Assembly: GCA_050084515.1 (NCBI GenBank)
Contig: CM114271.1
Span: 29,450,001 to 29,514,000, forward strand
Source of the DNA: Blasia pusilla
Lineage: Eukaryota
DNA: 64,000 nt
Reading direction: 5' to 3'
Positions within the stretch are counted from its first letter, which is position 1. Each line of letters opens with the position of its first letter. Of the stretch, positions 51,790 through 64,000 are shown in pieces. The position numbers and the translations under genes were made by a program. A model generated the notes under the pieces. It searched no databases. It saw only the letters and a list, made by a program, of their open reading frames with translations, and had not been told where the DNA came from.

Positions 51790-52428
51790 ATGGCTACTCA
51801 AATGACAGTTGTAGAGCACGTTGTCCTTTTCAAAGTTAAGGACGATGTTCCTGAGGAAAAGTTTGAGGAAGTCATGAAAGCCCTGAGGGGCTTGAAAGAC
51901 ATGGACGTCGTGATTGACCTTAGTGCTGGCAAAGTGCTACAGATTTTGGGTGGTAATTACACCCACGCTCTACATTCGCGTTATCACAACAGGGATGACC
52001 TGGCTGTGTACTCTAAGGATCCCACACATCTGGCGATTGTGAAGAATTTGCTACCCTTAGTTGATGACTTACTGGCAGCGGACTGGGAATGTCAACCAGT
52101 AGGGACGCCCATCGATGGAGGGCATGGGGCAGCACGAATTGCTCTTATCAAACTTGCGGATAGTATCACAGATATTGAGAGTACAGAAGTTTTCACTCTC
52201 CTGTCTGGATTGAAGGAGAAATTCCCATTTATTAGACAAGTGAGTTCAGGTACGAACTTCTCTCCAGGTCGAGCTCAAGGTATCAACGTGGGCTTTTTGG
52301 CCCTGTTCAACAATATTGAAGAGCTTGAGCAGTTAAATGGCAATTCTGAACTCCACTCTATACTGCAAAAAAGCAAAGTTGCTCCAGTTCTGGACAAGTT
52401 CATTATTGTGGACATTGGGACCAAGTAG
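51790..52428 (+). CDS. Stress-responsive A/B barrel (double Dabb domain) protein; may have an N-terminal extension
   Basis: VVEHVVLFKVK...LSAG...YTHALHSRY...DLAVYSKDPTH...LLAADW, then a second domain with QVSSGTNFSPGRAQG..GFLALF. Single uninterrupted frame, open upstream to 51550; first in-frame ATG at 51790. Confidence 0.9.
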   Translation: MATQMTVVEHVVLFKVKDDVPEEKFEEVMKALRGLKDMDVVIDLSAGKVLQILGGNYTHALHSRYHNRDDLAVYSKDPTHLAIVKNLLPLVDDLLAADWECQPVGTPIDGGHGAARIALIKLADSITDIESTEVFTLLSGLKEKFPFIRQVSSGTNFSPGRAQGINVGFLALFNNIEELEQLNGNSELHSILQKSKVAPVLDKFIIVDIGTK

Positions 52429-54439
52429 AAGTAGTCCCAATGCAACCGAAGGGAGGATCTTGGATTCTAGAGGCACATCCCTCTACACGGATGTCATTGT
52501 GTATTTGTTAGATTTCTGGGAAGTTTGTGTTGATGATTTGTGGAGGTTTGTCCACGAACACCGAAGTATCAAACGTAAAAGTGCAAGACAAATAGATGCA
52601 AGCTTAAGCTGTAAAGCTGCTCAAGCTAGGCTTATTATCCTCACGAGATTGTATACTCAATAATCAGTTGCCTTGGTGTAGTGGCATCTGTCTATTGGAT
52701 CGGCTTCGTGAAACTATGCATGTACTGTCTACAAGATCTGATCATTATCCTGGGATCTGAATATTTGATAGTGAAATGGTGTTCCCGAGAATATTCTTGG
52801 AACGATTTGCTCTGCATGCACGTTCTGGTCAGTATGCCTCATATAAAAATTGGTGAGCACTTGAGTGTTGGTTTTATTTTAGCTCGAGAATCCTCTAATG
52901 TGGGTGGACATCATTTCTGCCAAGAGCTGACACTGAAAAATAGAACACAGTTCTCACCCTCATATCTATTGGACAAAGCTATGAGCAGCTCCTTCATATA
53001 TAGAGTAGACCATTTGCGATTTGTGCGGTTCAGGCTAGTTCTCATGAGGTCCTTTGGTCACTTAAGTCATTTTTCCAAATCATCTAGAAACATACAGCTC
53101 AGAGTTTGATGTTGTCCCATACTGAGCCTCATTTGCATGACTTTTTTGTAGACACCGTCCAAGATCTAAAGAAAGTAGATGTGTGTATGTGCAGACAACA
53201 CCTCAGGGTGTTCAACTGCCGGAGCCATCTCTGGTTTAACTGAATATTATGTGGCCATGTCTGTTACTGATTATTGCCACTGAAGTATTTCTTTCAACGA
53301 GGCTGAAATCAATCGTGGCCCAGAATTGGCCGCATCCTCAAGCAAATGACCACTAGTGAACTACTACATGTCACTGACAAAGTGAATCTGGTAAATGCAG
53401 TTCTAAATTTGAATTTGTGTGATGTGTGTTTGTTTCAAAGGTTTTTTTGCTTGGTCCCATGGATCTTAGCGAGTTGAGCCTGAATCTTAGCAAAGCGAGT
53501 GGAGGATACAGTTCTCTTTGAGCATGAACCTTTGCTTGCCCCATCTGATAATCTCGTCAGTGATCTTCTAGCTGAATCTGACGTCAATTATCTCTTTGGG
53601 ACCTTTAATGTCATTAGGCGGGGCAAGAAAGGAGAGATTATTATATGTCTACTTTCCCACATGTACCACATGGAGGACTTAGATGCCTCTTTGAGTCCTG
53701 ATGTATGGGTGATGGCTTCTCCCACCGGACCACATGGTTTCTGATTTTTTCTCCATGGGGTTAGAGCTCAGCTCCAAATTTGGCTTGTAATGTGATATTC
53801 AACTCTTGCTCACGAATTATAGCGGAGTTCTTCTACAGTTCTCAAGAGAAAGCAGAACATGGAGACAGATAGGCTCCTTGCACAGGTGAATAAGGCCGCT
53901 CAAAGCTCGTCCGTGGAGCAGAGCGGCTGTCCCTGTAAGAATGAATTGTGGCCGTGAGAGGAAACGGCAAGCCACATTTGCTTCCTGTTAGTCACTCTTG
54001 GCAGTAGCCATGAGTACTTGTGCTTGTACCTTGCGGCCAAATTTTGTATCCCTCTTTTAGTCATTACGACCGAGCTTTGAGCGGCTCCAGTAGTCTTACT
54101 GAAGATTCCCCTTTGTGATGGTAATTGACAAACGCCAACGGACAACCCAGACTTCACTCTGCCGACCGAGGACATGTAAACCACCTATACTAACGATGAA
54201 CTAAAAATAAACCAGCAATGGGGCCATAAAGATCCGAAGCCACCGGCAACCATGGAAAAACCGGCCTTGAGGCAATGAGGCCAGCCAAGGAAAGGCACCA
54301 GGGTAACTGCATTCCGTTCTAGCACAGGACCTACGGTTTCACCACCACACATGATTTATCTCCATTCCGATTGGTTCTACCCGACATGGGCCAATACTTT
54401 GTAGTAACATAACCAGTGCAGGACAGAGGGCACCCTCGA

Positions 54440-55510
54440 ATGGGGGATAATCCTACGAGAGCGGAATTCGCTTGTCATGTAGTCCATTTGATCGACTTCA
54501 AGAGCATATCTCCGAAGCTTTGCATCAAATCAACTTTTCCAACATTTTCTCCAAGGCATCTTCCGACGCTAATGGAGCTCGTCTACGTTCATGTGCGGGT
54601 ATCGCAGCAGGGGTGTGACTTATTGCAAATCCTCTTATTTTTCTATTTCGTCTTCCTCGAAGAATATTCTCGACAGCTTTGCGGTTACGTCTTGGACTTC
54701 CCCATCCTTCTCTCTTAGGTGTGCCGAATTGTATATGTGGGGATCCCATTGATGCGAGGGGTATTCATATTCTCTGATGTGCATATGGTGGAGAACGAAT
54801 GGCCACACATGATGTCATTAGAGAGGCGGTAGCATCGGTGGCTCGTACTGCAGGATACACCGTTGGGCAAGAGCAACTCCATGTCCTACCTTAAACCACA
54901 CAAGCAACCTCTCGTCGGAGAGTGGATCTTGTTATGTCTCGAGGTGGATTCGGACACTAGGTGATGTCTTTGGTTCTTTGATCCAACACGTTCTGACTTG
55001 GTGTGTCGAGCTGCACATACCAAAGGTTTGGCGGCCGAAGCTACAGCAAGAATCAAGGAGTTAAGTTATCTGTGAGACATGCGACAGATGGATTTATTCC
55101 TTTTGCAGTGGAAGTATTCGGTCATTTACATGTGTTTTTTGATATTTTCCTGAAAACATATGCTCACCACTCCCTCGAGAATCATCACCTTGCCCCTTCC
55201 CGTAGTCCTTCTCTCTCGGTAGTTACTACTTATTTTCGGCAATGCACCTGAGTGGCCTTACGACGTGCACAAGCCTTGGCATTGATACGTCATGCGGAGG
55301 TGGTGTGGAGTCGCTCGCCTCGTCGTCCATTCACGTCTGACCAACCACTCGTGTTCTTGTCAGATTTATTTCAGACTATCAATCGTGTACCTCGTTGAGC
55401 CGGTGTTTGCGTTGGCTTGTTGCCATTTTCTTTTTGCATTCTTGTATGCATTTTTTATTCCTCTTTTGATTTGTTATTACCTTTCTTTGTCCTCTTATTT
55501 TATAATAAAA
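54440..55510 (+). mobile_element. 5'-truncated CRE-like non-LTR retrotransposon (restriction-like endonuclease C-terminus), degenerate
   Basis: Manual translation: ARLRSCAGIAAGV*LIANP...FSTALRLRLG...CICGDPIDARGIHIL*CAYGGERMATHDVIRE...RRVDL...D...K...FIPFAVEVFG, followed by a T-rich 3' UTR and aataaaa. Confidence 0.8.
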
Positions 55511-58180
55511 TGGATATATAGACTTTCTCCTTTCTAATCTCGTTTATGCCCCTATGACCAATTCATGCCTTGGTGTTTGTTTCCTTCTTAGACCAATCGG
55601 CCGTCCTATGGTGTGCCCATAGAGGGCCTAGACTAGTGTGTGCAGAAGGGGCCAGTCAAAGTTGGCTGACCACCCGAATATGTCGTCTCTGCTACCCACT
55701 CCACCCGGTCGTATCGTGATTCGTGACATACCCCTAACGCAAGTGCGTGTAGGCAGAGATTTCCATCCACTCGAATCCATCTGTCTCATGGGTTCCCTAG
55801 TCCAAGTGGGTGCTTGCTAAGTTTAGAACACGGAGAGCGGGCCCCGAGCTCAGTCCCGAAAAGTGCGCTCCAAGGCGAGTTTGTTGTTCGGTGGCCCCCT
55901 TAGGCCAAACAATCCGAGGAATTTGTATTTTTCTAGTGTTACTTTGCATGAGGGCCCCATCAAAGAAAACACCTGGAGGGAAGTATGGGTGCATGTAGCT
56001 ACTTTGAATCGGATGGAGCCTAAGCATTTTAGTTTTTAAAAGTAATTTCGTCTCACCTTCGAGATGTAAAGCTGTTGCTTTGAGGCAATTCGGCTGTCTT
56101 GTTTTGTCGTAATGGGTCTTACTTCGATCAAATTTTTTAGATGTCAGCTGATTCGAAATTGGCTGACTTCCAAATTCGAAGTTTTATTACGCATTTTACC
56201 GTAAAATGGGTGCCAACTTCCATACGGCAATTGGTATGTAGTATTGTTGTGATGAGATGGCGAGGAAAAGAAGAGAGATAAAAGCTGGATTCGTCGGGAC
56301 CGTTGTTCGTTGGGACAGTTATTTTTTGGGGAATGAGCAGTTTGTCCAATCCATGAAATCGATGGACTACATACGGGAGAGACGTCCTGTTTTATCCCAA
56401 TCCGTAAAACTGATACATTTACTCGAAATGGATAAGCTTGTCCGCTCCTATGATTTCTTACTAGGAGCGGACAAGCTTAGCAAGAAATCATAGGAGCTTA
56501 CTGGGATTTTGCGCTCCGTGATGATTGTCAGGTGAGATGAATTCTGTACTTCAACCTGGATTCCCGTCTCGGACATTCATCCCTGGACGGGAAGACGAAC
56601 GAAGAAAGTTCGACTGAGAAGGGTAGAGCTAGTGCGGGCACTTTCCGGCAAAAAGCCTTGGCGTAGCCAAGAAACCCAGTTAGCTGGCCGCAATGTAGGG
56701 ACGCATCAGCCTGGGATCAGAACGTCCGTTCGCGGGCTTTTGGTGGATCCTCACATCCCTTTCGATTCTGGTTTTGTTTTCTCGCGGGTAGGTCAGGTAG
56801 ATAGATCATGCAAGGCCAACCTCATGTCATTCTCTTTGATCAGGCATACAAACGTGCGATTTTCTTCTCTCAAGGTCCACTAGACCAAGACTTCGGCAGG
56901 AGTCCGTGAAACTTTCGTTCGTAATGGTCTCACACCAGGACCTCGTCTTTGAAGGACCAGCGAAAGTAAGGACTTGGGAAATTAGCTTGGGAGCTATTTA
57001 CTTTCGTGCACGTCGGCCACACACCCGCCGTTAGGGCCCACTCCCAGGGCGACCCCACTGCCGACTAGCATCGGCGGCAGTTCTTTTCAGCCAAAGGGTG
57101 TCTACTTAGGCAATTGCAATAAAATGACTTCGTCTTTGAAATTTTCCATCATGTGACACAGGTTCTCAAGGGCGGGGGGACGGCGAACTGTTACTGCGAA
57201 TCCGATTAACAAAAGATTTGGAAAGGGAGCCTTGCGATGGAGATCTATCTCCACTGACAGTCTCTAACTTCCGCTGCGAGACCAGAATTGCGCGTAGGAA
57301 TGGACGCTTACGGACTCGGAGTATGCCTCACTCTTTCCCACAGAATCCTGTCCTTCCACCCCTAACACAGCCTAGCCTAGTCTATCCTATCAACCCTACT
57401 GTACTTATTCGTGGATGGTTTCCACAAGAAACTGCGAAAGGAACCTCTGTGGGACTCACAGTGTTCGTCAAATGCCAGGAAGCTTCAACGTGTGCTCGTG
57501 TCTCACCATTAGAACTGTTGGGACGTGCAGAAGTGAAAAATTCTTCACGGTGGAGGGTAAAGCGCATCGCCATCTACTCCGTATGTGATCATACAACATC
57601 AATCCCGAGCACTAGGATCTGCCGTGGAAGACAAAATTTAGAACAGACAAGTAAAACAATTAATATATAAATGTATATCAAAATTTTCAAGCTCTGCTAC
57701 ATAAATTATATCTTTCACAGTTCATCAAGTCGATGAACTTTGTGAACATTTTTATGGTAGCAACCCCAACTTTTACGTGTACTGATATTTTGATATGTAC
57801 ACGTAAAAGAACTGAATTGTTCATCTTTATACTGCTTTCTGCCTTGTGAAATTGTAAGGCGTAGACTAGGAATGCTATTGCTAGTATAAGTCGTGTACTG
57901 GATTGTCGCTCAGCCCCAAAGAGAATCGCTCTCATGTTTGTTTGACTGACTCCTCTAGCTCCCTCTCGCCAAGCACCGGATCATCGTCATCGCTGGGAAA
58001 CAACGATATCACTCTATCTGACTAACGTTGTACCTTACTAGGAAATCTCGTTACGGATGGAGCCCCACCTCTCCTCTCATCTTTTCAGTTTAGTAATATT
58101 TGAAAGAAGAAAGGGAATGATGAATGTTGTCGCAAGAAGTGAAGCTAGTGAAGGATGACACGACTTGACGAAGGCTGTCA

Positions 58181-61045
58181 TCACAACATGGTACAGATTG
58201 GAACGGTCCTTGCTTGGATGAGAGAGCTTGAGCGAGAGAGCGGCTTTGTGTCATGCTCGAAATTTGCGAGTTTCTGCTTCGTTCCCTTCTCGATATCTGC
58301 CACCAAGTCTACCTGAACATCGGAAGCGGAATCCAGGATATACCAGATGGGCACAAGTACAAGGGTAGAAGCCAAAAGTGGAATGGGCCCGAAAATCCAC
58401 AAAAGCAAAGGTATAGATACATAAAATGCCCTGGTACCAATGGTGTGGAAATTGGCTGCCCTCTCTAGCACGTCAGCCACGTAATCTGGTGTGAAGTGCC
58501 CTGGGGGAGGAACATTGATGATGAAGTTGACGTGATTAGTGTACCTCACAGCTTGCACATAGCAAAGGAAGGCAGTTAGGAAGCCAGATAAAAGAATCAT
58601 GTACTTGATTGCCAGAGATGTAGTACTCTGTGTTCCAAGAACGGATGAATGGATTCGGTTCTTCACGTCATACGAACTTGCTAGGAAGGCTGCCACCGCT
58701 GAGCTCAAAAGAATGGCAGTCGTCGCCAATAAAGTTGATCCCATTATGCTGTTCCGCAACGTCTGCACTGCCAATATATTCTTCTTGTCATTATCCTGCT
58801 CACATTACAATCATAACACAGGTCAGATGTCATAAACTACCAGTAGCCCCATAACAACAGTTATAGTGGCATATTATTCTGAATCTAAACGTTGAATCTC
58901 CAAACTGTTTTTGAATCATGCACATTAGAACAACCTGAACTTTCTGTCTCAAATACATCCTAGGGATTAAGAAATATTTTGTATCCACCTGCTGAATATG
59001 GAGGATCAATCCACTCGTATTTAATTCATAAAACGACTTGCCAGGGATTTTGGTTGACACCACTCTATATAGCCAAAAAAAACCTCACATTCTTGAGCAA
59101 TGACCCATCACTAAGAAAGGGGGACGATCACGCTATTCATCTGTAACGATTCCTCCGAGCGAGACCGACGTATCTTACTCTCGCCCAATAGCTGAAATAT
59201 TTATGGACATAATCTCTCAATCTTCCTCAACAGTTAACCCATAATCCAACCTTTGCGTACCGGTGGGAAGTATGTCTTGTAGACTCCCAAGTTTTTTGTG
59301 ACCAATTTCTGAACATGAGCTCCAATTTACTAGGAAAGATGCTTCCAAGTACTTTTCCGTCAAGATATATCTAGCAGCCAGGGCACCTTTCGCTTCCTAG
59401 AGGATGTTCGAGAGAAGATGGACCAGGATATTTTTACTAATCTGTCGAAAGGATACGAGCAACAAAACTAAAAAAATCCGTATGAGAAAGAAAGAATGAA
59501 TTGTGGGACTCGAAAGACTCCCTAGGACAATGAGAGTTCCACAGAACAGAGTTTTAGTGCAGAGCTTCAAGGTCTCGACCAAGATTCTATTTACAACACA
59601 ATCTACCCGCATAACGACTTCGAAAACACATAGCAGTGCAGGAGCTAGCTGTGTGAAGTGGACTTAAGACATCGAGCTTAACGGAACCTCTGAAGATAGT
59701 AGCATAGCGACTCGATGTAGATTGGTGCTCTTTCTGCCGTAAGCTTCTCGCGACTGAGAGAGCCAGAGAGAGATGTTCTCATCCAGTAGAATCATACAAT
59801 CATGTAATATACATAAGATTCTATAATAAACCTAAGGGATTATTATAGAATCTTATATATTTCTAATAAAAACTCCATCCACCCTCTAATTAAGATTGTG
59901 AATGATACCAAATTATATACACATTCATATTTCAAAAAAAATTACGTTTTGGAAGGCTAAATTACAAAATTTGAGCTTCGTAAGACTGTACTCATTAAGT
60001 AGTGCCTGTCGTAGACCCAGCGCCCTGGTTGGACGGTGCTCGAGACTGGGATGGGTGTAGAAGGTACCATATGAGAGGAGGGAGACACTCTCTGTGAGTG
60101 CTGACCAAACAACGTGTTGGTGCGGAGCTTCCAAGTGTCAACCAAGAAACTCTTCACCACAACATTACTTACCAGTGCAGCAGCTTTGGGCAATGAATCA
60201 AGGCTACTGAACAATTCTGAGCTTAGCATATGAGAGAGGGAGAGAGAGAGATATTATGAGTAATATCTCTCTCTCTCTCTCAGGGTGTCGTACCCGCACC
60301 CTGGTTCGACGGTGCTCTGAGAAGGGTGCGGAGAGAGGGAGCGAAGAAGACGGTACCAGACGAGAGGAGGGACTCTCATACAGTGCGAGTGCTGACCATG
60401 CTGACTGTTGTTGCGCAGCTTTCAGGTATCAACCAAAAAGCTCTTCACAACACCATCTAAGTTACCTGATTGGGATCCCCAAATTGACTACCAATCAGTG
60501 AAGAAGGTTTGGGGAGAGAATCTATGCTAATGAACGTGATGAACAGCTTTCAGCATAGGATGTTTCTGTGTTGTGGATTTCACACAGGTGAACAAGTAGT
60601 GAATGGAGGTTTTACCCCAATCATGACACAAGTATCTTCCCCGTCCTCAACCTGGAAATTGAGAGAAGAATTCCCAGAAAACCGTTATGTGGCGCTCGTC
60701 GTTGCGACGGTAAAAGTGAGGCGGAAAGAAACTGTACTCATCAAATACAGCCTCTCTCTCCGTCCCACTACTACGGTGGGCGCCCCGCGGGGGGAGGGTG
60801 GAAGAGGACAGACAGACAGCGTTTGAAAATGTAAAAACGAGAAAATTTGAAACTTAAATGTTGGACCTCTCACTTACTTGCATAATCGATCGTACCCAAG
60901 CCCTCCTGCCGCGGTTGTTGATGCCCATAACCGTACTCGTCGGATTTCTTGTGAAGCGGATATAGAGATGGACGTTGTAGATGATGATAAGACTAAACGC
61001 TATTGGTGCCATGATGAGATCCAGATAATCCTCCTTCCACACCAT
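58181..61045 (-). CDS. DUF599-family membrane protein, 2 exons (61045-60878, 58795-58181), 260 aa
   Basis: Exon 1 MVWKEDYLDLIMAP...PTSTVMGIN..GRRAWVRSIMQ|GTAAGT; acceptor CAG|DNDKKNILAVQTLRNSIMGSTLLATTAI...GTRAFYVSIPLLLWIFGPIP. Phase-0 intron of 2082 bp keeps the frame. Confidence 0.92.
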
Positions 61046-62934
61046 TATCTCCGCTGAAATAGTTCACTTACTGAAGCCCTTCTCGAGTCTCCAACAAAAT
61101 CGTCGCCCAAGTCGGTCGTCAAACGAGAGTATTGTTAGTTGCAATCAGACTTCCTCAGGAAAAACAAATTGCAATTTTTTCGCAAGGAACAACCCTGTAT
61201 AGACTCGGAGGCCCACAAGTCGACAGAAGATTGATGTGTCAAATTAAGAATCTTGCTCTCTATCTCACGCTGTTTCCTCCTATTCCTCTCAAAATTCTCC
61301 ACCTGCTGAGTCCGCGAGAAACTGCTCTAGAAGTGGAATGGGAGCTACGTTGAGTCAAGCAGAAGAGCGAATCCTTAGCGGGACCCGGGAGTGGAGTAGT
61401 TGAGTGGTGCCAGCAAGGGCTGTCAGAGAGCAATTCTCGTGGCTGGACTGGACAAGGTGGAGCGAGGTGGAAGATAATATGCCCCGAGAATGTGCTAGAT
61501 GGAGAAATTGGGGCGTCTTTATAATCAAACGACGGGCAGAATGAGATTTTTGCCGACTTTGTTACTTCCAATAAAAGGCGATAGGCGTGACTGCAAATCC
61601 AGCAGCAGCAATCTAATGTTGGGCTGGAGTCCACATATGCCTCCCAACCGAAGCGTGGCAGTTGCAGCATCCAGGAGCCCGCAGCATCTTTGTTATTGTT
61701 TGTCTCAAGTGCTGGGCCTCAAACAATCGCCGCTGGTAGAACCCACCACGTGTCAAGTTACATTAATGTTTGGAAGTTTGGGAGTCCACTCAATGTCTGT
61801 CCGGGTCAAAGCACCGGTCATTTGAGGTGTTGGACTGTGGGTTTTGCATGTTCATATTTTGCATGTAGTGCCAGCGCAAAGTCGCCTTAAATCAGGAGAA
61901 ATTTCCCCGTTCGAGATGTTAGGCAGGCATCCATGGATATCCCTTTTTTCCCAACCCTCACGAAATGTCTCAGTACGCGGATCCAAAAGTTCATGCTTCT
62001 GTTATCCCCCCTATCACAAAATCCGGGCCTCGCTGCGCGATATTGTAAGGGCTCAATAATGCTCGTGTTATTCCATAAGCTCACACAGAGTGTTACGGGC
62101 GTCTGAATTTGTCAGGAAATCCTTTCGCCCTGCCATCCAGAGTCCAATTTTCGTTTCCGCACGGTTTGCCCGACGGCTATGGTGTACATTTTATTAGTAT
62201 GAATATATGCAAGTTTGTTTTGCTCAACAGAATTGTAACCGACCGACAATTGTTCGGAGCTGTGGATCTCGCTGGTCGGATACCAGATACGGTCAACTGC
62301 CCTGGTTCCACAAAGGACTTTTGTTTTCGGGTTTTGGAGAAGATGACAAAAAATACTTTATTAAAGACCGGGAAACACGACTCAGGCCGAGGGATACCCG
62401 GAAGACGCTACCACTTATCATACGGTATTGTTGTGATCAGTGATCTCCTTTAATCTCCGGAGGACCAGAATCCTCATCGAGCTGGTGGTCAGCTAGTTGT
62501 GAGATTCTCTTCGCAATCATGATGACGAGAATTCACGCTGGGTCTGAGTAGGAAAGCTCTATTTAGAGTATTCAAGCTTAGGTGTATTCTGGCTCTCTTT
62601 AGAGCTGGGCAGGTCCGTGTTTGGAAGCTCTCTTGTTCTCCGGTAGACGGTAGACCTGCCTCGACTGATAAGCTGATCCGTTAGCGCTGAAACCCGTTAG
62701 ACCCTTACGAGAACGCAACGCAGTACAAGTGCAGCCATAAAGGACGTTTCCGACAATCATTTTTGCAGGGCCCATACTGAATGAAATACGTTAAACAGAC
62801 TTAACCCTCTGGCTATCCATGAAGAACGTACTTTAAGTCCTGCGGAAGAATCTTTTATTTCTTTCTCCTATTTCAAATCACTGGCATCCATTGATCTAAT
62901 GTTAAAATATATAACTGATTAGAAATGCTCAATC

Positions 62935-64000
62935 AAGGGGCAAAATGAGGCTATTCTCCGTGACCATTTAAGAGGTTTCTTCCACTAAAAAAAACTCACC
63001 ATGAGTCCATCTTAGTCCTGATTCTCCTTGGCCTTTTTTTCGCAAGTGTGTCATTCTACGTCCTAATGCTTGACTCACATGAGCATTATTTAACCTCCCA
63101 TCAAATGTCCCTACTTTCTAATTATAAAAACCTCAGTATGGAGACAAAATGAGATGATTCTTCATGAGTAAACAGGCCGTTCATTCAAAAAACTAATCAC
63201 ACATCGGGTCCACATTAGTGGTGATTTTCGCTGGCCTCATTCACCAAGTGTTTCATTTCTCGTCCTAATGCTCGACACATATGAGCATTCTTCCGCCTCT
63301 TACTCACTTGGGAGAAAGTTACCTGGCTCTGTTTTCCGATTAGAATCCTCTACATGGTTATGAAGACAAAAATGCGGGATCCTTCGTGATTAGACATTCT
63401 GTTGACCTAAACAAACGTGACGACCTTGGGTCCACATTAGTGCAGTTTTCGTTGGTCATATTGGCTTAGTGTATCCTATGTACGTCCTTATGTTCGACAC
63501 ACATGACTTTACTTCAACCTCCTGATCAGTTGGGAGAAAGTCAGGTGTGACGGTCTCTAGTTTCTTTCCTAATTACAAACGCATGATTACGGAGACAAAA
63601 TGTGGCGACTCACCGTGATTAAACAGACCAGTGGCTTAAAATAAAGTAATTAACTCGGGTCCGCATCATTCCTCATTGTCGTTGGCCTTGTTCACCACGT
63701 GTATTGTTTTCACGTCCTCACGCTTGACACATATGAGGCTCCGAGCCTGCTTCAACCTCCGGCTCACTTGGGAGAAAGTCATGTGTGACCGTCTCTATTT
63801 TCTGATTACAAATGCATGATTATGAAGACAAAATGGGGGTGATTCCCAGAGATTCAACTGACTGTTCAGTTAAAAAATTAATGAGTTAGATTCCACGTTA
63901 GTTGTGATTTGTGTTGACCTTCTCCATCGAGTGTATTTTTCCTACGTCCTCATGTTTGACACATACGACCATTGCTCAACCTGATGCTCCACTAGATGAA
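62935..64000. repeat. Diverged tandem repeat, at least 5 units of ~200-232 bp, running off the window
   Basis: cgtcctNaYgYtYgac anchor at 63059, 63261, 63483, 63713 and 63945; ttgggagaaagt and gacaaaatg also recur. Confidence 0.85.

Noticed and set aside
52681-57935. Assorted short ORFs between the two host genes
   Set aside because: No recognisable domains or splice-consistent structure, apart from the CRE-like remnant.
62812-62830. atgaagaacgta resembling the 5.8S rRNA motif
   Set aside because: Only ~12 nt match; flanks do not follow 5.8S.

Overview
Eukaryotic, land-plant-type DNA. A non-seed plant is plausible but cannot be proven from this window. Positions ~1-50,100 are a nested transposon graveyard. 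A ~43 kb CACTA/EnSpm element (5540-48818; TnpD- and TnpA-like pseudogenes, long imperfect TIRs) contains two degenerate copies of an unusual Ty3/gypsy-type retroelement. Its polyprotein order is gag - protease - DNMT3-like C5 cytosine methyltransferase - RT - RNase H - DDE integrase - PHD finger. Its ends look like split direct repeats (A ... B-A-B) with no visible tRNA PBS or PPT, instead of ordinary LTRs. A third fragment of this family and a related gag lie just outside the CACTA. Copy 1 is interrupted by a near full-length RTEX-like LINE with five 177-bp 5' monomers. Copy 2 carries a probable solo LTR, and its 5' end has been flipped by a ~1.85 kb inversion. Positions 50-64 kb hold two host genes (a double Dabb stress-responsive A/B barrel protein and a two-exon DUF599 membrane protein), a truncated CRE-like RLE retrotransposon and a diverged tandem repeat. 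All calls come from reading motifs by eye; no searches were run.
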